Assembly: GCA_965112155.1 (NCBI GenBank)
Contig: OZ218100.1
Length of the DNA stretch: 64,000 nt
Direction: 5' to 3' (one strand)
Source: Podarcis liolepis
Taxonomy: Eukaryota
The position numbers and the translations under genes were made by a program. Within the stretch, counting starts at the first letter, position 1. Each line of letters begins with the position of its first letter. A model generated the notes under the pieces. The model saw nothing but the letters and a program-made list of their open reading frames with translations. It made no database searches and was not told the origin of the DNA. This document shows positions 60,873 to 64,000 of the stretch, one piece after another.

Positions 60873-61660
60873 TCACCTGCCTTCCTCCTCTCCTACTTTA
60901 TAAATAATCCTGAGTCACTTTTTGGCCTCTCTCTCTCTCTCTCTGTGTGTGTGTCTGTATGCACAAAACAAAACAAGTCTATGTACAGCGAAACCATAGA
61001 AGCAGCTCATTTAACCAAAAGATGAGAGTTGCCAAATAAAGCTTACCCGCAGCCCTGATATTTCAGACCAAGTTTAAACACAGCAGAATAAACAGTGTCT
61101 TATAATGACTTAATGCCACCTTCCAAATAAGCACAGCAGAACCAAGCTTGCCAAGTAAACTCCTCCTGGGACTTCACCTTTCGACAGTATGCATAGAGGA
61201 GGGGTGACACTGTCAAAACCATGCAGCTCTGCAGCATCTGAAAGTGAGGGTACTCTTTGCTGCCTGCTTCGGCACCAATGTTCAGAGGTGGGTGGGTGTG
61301 TTTAAGGGGAAAAAGAGAGAGATCAGGTCTCCAGTTACCAGGTCAGCACCAACACTTGTGGTGCTGTGTTGACATCTTCCTAACCGGCAGAGACCAAAGC
61401 GCAGTCAAGAACCATTTCACTGCATTCAGAGACTCAAGCTTTGGCATCCTCAGTTCAAAGGATCCCAGGCAACTGGGAAAACTTCTGCCTTGATGAAGCA
61501 TTGCTAAGCAGAGTACATAATACCTTCATTGGAAGTTTTTAAGCAGAGGTTGGATGGCACCTGCTATGGAAGCTTTAGTTGAGTTTCCTGTATTCCTTGG
61601 GTTCCGTCCAACTCTAAAATTCTATTATTCTACTGGAATAGATGGACCAGTATAAGGCAG

Positions 61661-61662
<2 letters not shown>

Positions 61663-61692
<30 letters not shown>
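61663..61692. repeat. (AC)n microsatellite
   Basis: Direct reading. Confidence 0.95.
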
Positions 61693-61695
<3 letters not shown>

Positions 61696-62817
61696 ATCTA
61701 TCTACTAAATGGGATGCAGGCACAGAATAATAAAGCACAATCAACATGGAGGTTAATAAGAAAATACTCCTCTTTGTAAAGCGTTCCAGAACTACATTCT
61801 TTCCCTAAAGTAGTCGCACTGTATCTCCCAGGTCTGTCCCATATATTGTGCAAGTTTGCAACTTTTGAGCTGTTCACACTGCTAGAGTTGCCTTATTTGG
61901 AAGAGCAAAAAAAGAGGATACGTTTGCAGACTTTCTGCTTTTAACTACGGATCGCTATGACGACTCTCATTTTACAAACCCACAAGAAAGAGGGCGTGTC
62001 CTGGAAAAGGAGGACATATGGCAACCCCTCGTCACGGCCACCAATTCCCAGTTACTGAGGCACAAGGGAGTCCTGCTCCTACCCCCCGCCAACCCTGAAC
62101 TATGCAAAGAACTCACATTTCATGGAGCTGTAGAGTTATTTTACTGAGATCTCTCAGTAGCCAGCAATGCTACATTCAGACAAGACCAGGCAGGGCATAT
62201 CAAACAGGGTGTGTGTATCAGAATAAATGGCATGATTCGCAGCAACAAAAGGTTTCACAGGCCCATGCTGAGATAAAATCAATATTAAATTGTTAAAAGG
62301 AAAGCAGCGTATTCCAAGGGCATTTGTTGCAGTTGTTTATTCACACATCACAATAACCTCAGCGATGTTGTTTCAGCTGCTTCAAACTTTGACACGAACA
62401 TTTCCATATACCCACCCCAAGCATCTCCTGTTCTCCCCCCCCCTCTTGGGTGGGAAAGCAAGTATTCATCCCTTCTCACTGTGAGAAGTATTCAAAGCAA
62501 GTATTCATCCCTTCTCACTGTGTTTCTCTAAACAACAACAGCCACCACCCAATGCTGGATAATGCCACAGAACTACCATGCCCTTTCTTAGCTCTGCTCT
62601 GCTCAACCCAGGAATAAGAGTATGCAACTGGCTACTTTAATAAGATTGACATAATCCACACTATCAGTAATATGGCTATACTAAGGATGGTTTCCCCCCC
62701 AGATTTGCATTAGTAGGTTCCCCTCACCCTACACACACACACACACACACACTCAGGAGCCGGAATATCACTTTTTTTTTGCATGAAATGAAACTCAGGT
62801 AATGATGATGATGATGA

Positions 62818-63570
62818 TTTATTATTTATACCCCACCCATCTGGCTGGGTTTCCCCAGCCACTCTGGGCATCTTCCAGCAAAATATTAAAAACATGATAA
62901 AACATCAAACATTAAAAACTTCCCTAAACAGGGCTGCCTTCAGATGTCTTCTATAAGTCAGATAGTTGTTTATTTCTTTGACATCTGAGGGGAGGGTGTT
63001 TCACAGGGCGGGCACCACTACAGAGAAGGCCCTCTGCCTGGTTCCCTGTAACCTCACTTCTCGCAGTGAGGGAACCGACAGATGGTCCTCACCGCTAGAT
63101 CTCAGTGTCTGGGCAGAACGATGGAGGTGGAGACGCTCCTTCAGGTATACTGGACCGAGACCATTTAGGGCTTTAAAGGTCAGCACCAACACTTTGAATT
63201 GTGCCCAGAAACGTACTGGGAGCCAGTGTAGGTCTTTCAGGACCAGTGTTATGTGGTCTCAGTGGCCACTCCCAGTCACCAGCCTAGCTGCCACATTCTG
63301 GATTAGTTGTAGTTTCCAGGTCACCTTCAAAGGTAGCCCCATGTAGAGCGCATTGCAGTAGTCCAAGCAGAAGATAACCAAAGCATGCACCACTCTGTCC
63401 AGACAGTCCACGGGCAGGTAAGGTCTCAGCCTGCGTACCAGATGGAGCTGGTAGACAGCTGCCCTGGACACAGAATTGACCTGCACCTCCATGGTCAGCT
63501 GTGAGTCCAAAATGACTCCCAGGCTGCGCACCTGCTCCTTCAGGGGCACAGTTACCCCATGTCAGGACCA
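62818..63570 (-). mobile_element. L2-type LINE 3' fragment
   Basis: PLKEQVRSLGVILDSQL...[12 protein letters not shown]...; inverted relative to 47468-48290. Confidence 0.9.
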
Positions 63571-63847
63571 TGACACTTCTAGATGGTCACTAATTTCAGG
63601 TAGTATCGAATCACATGCTGGCAAATTAAGCTTGGATGATTAAAGGTGATTTGAAGCTCTTGCACAACTAACCAATTCCTCCTCTCTCCCGAAATCCCCC
63701 CCCAACTTTTAGCTGTAAGGAAAGTGACAGGAAAATGAAGTGGGCAGTGTGGGACAACGACTGCTTTGATGGAACACTGTCTTAGCCTCCCCACAAACAA
63801 ATCAGAATGAATGATCAATAAACAGGTCATCTGGAAGTACTCTTATG

Positions 63848-63981
63848 GCTCAGTGGGTAAAGCATGAGAATCTTTACCTCAGGGTTGTGGGTTCGAGACC
63901 CACACTGGGCAAAAGATTCCTGCATTGCAGGGGGTTGGACTAGATGACCCTCGGGATCCCTTCCAACTCTACAGTTCTATG
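63848..63981 (+). mobile_element. tRNA-head/CR1-tail SINE (Squam2-like)
   Basis: A-box-like GGCTCAGTGG and B-box-like GGTTCGAGACC, then a CR1-type GGGGGTTGGACTAGATGACC...TTCCAACTCT tail. Confidence 0.75.
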
Positions 63982-64000
63982 GTTTTTACAAAGAGCATGA

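Noticed and set aside
63848-63915. tRNA gene
   Set aside because: The tRNA-like head is degenerate and runs straight into a CR1-type tail, so it is a SINE.

Overview
Vertebrate genomic DNA, almost certainly a squamate lizard (inferred from Sauria SINEs, BovB/RTE, CR1, L2 and L1 fragments and abundant TA-site MITEs; the species cannot be fixed from sequence alone). Two complete spliced protein-coding genes lie in tandem on the minus strand, in the order known from other amniotes. ELOVL5 has 7 coding exons (59754->38198, 888 nt, 295 aa, HVYHH box intact). GCM1 has 5 coding exons (19011->5465, 1323 nt, 440 aa, all GCM-domain Zn ligands intact). All 10 coding introns are GT-AG and phase-compatible. 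Most other ORFs in the track are transposon fragments or chance ORFs. Most unusual structures: (i) a 698-bp CCGTA-TIR element in ELOVL5 intron 3 whose CpG-rich interior is a tandem array of 44-90 bp palindromes, one of them present in both orientations, with relatives in the window that share its ends but have unrelated interiors; (ii) inverted TE pairs bracketing GCM1 exons 4-5 and ELOVL5 exons 2-4; (iii) CCAAT/GC-box and GATA/E-box clusters plus an LTR-like element upstream of GCM1; (iv) a TSD-flanked short BovB-tailed retroelement family; (v) Arg in place of the human GCM1 SUMO-acceptor Lys156. I see no evidence for a wholly new gene system; these findings are hypotheses to test. Exon numbers follow the human genes, whose exon 1 is non-coding.
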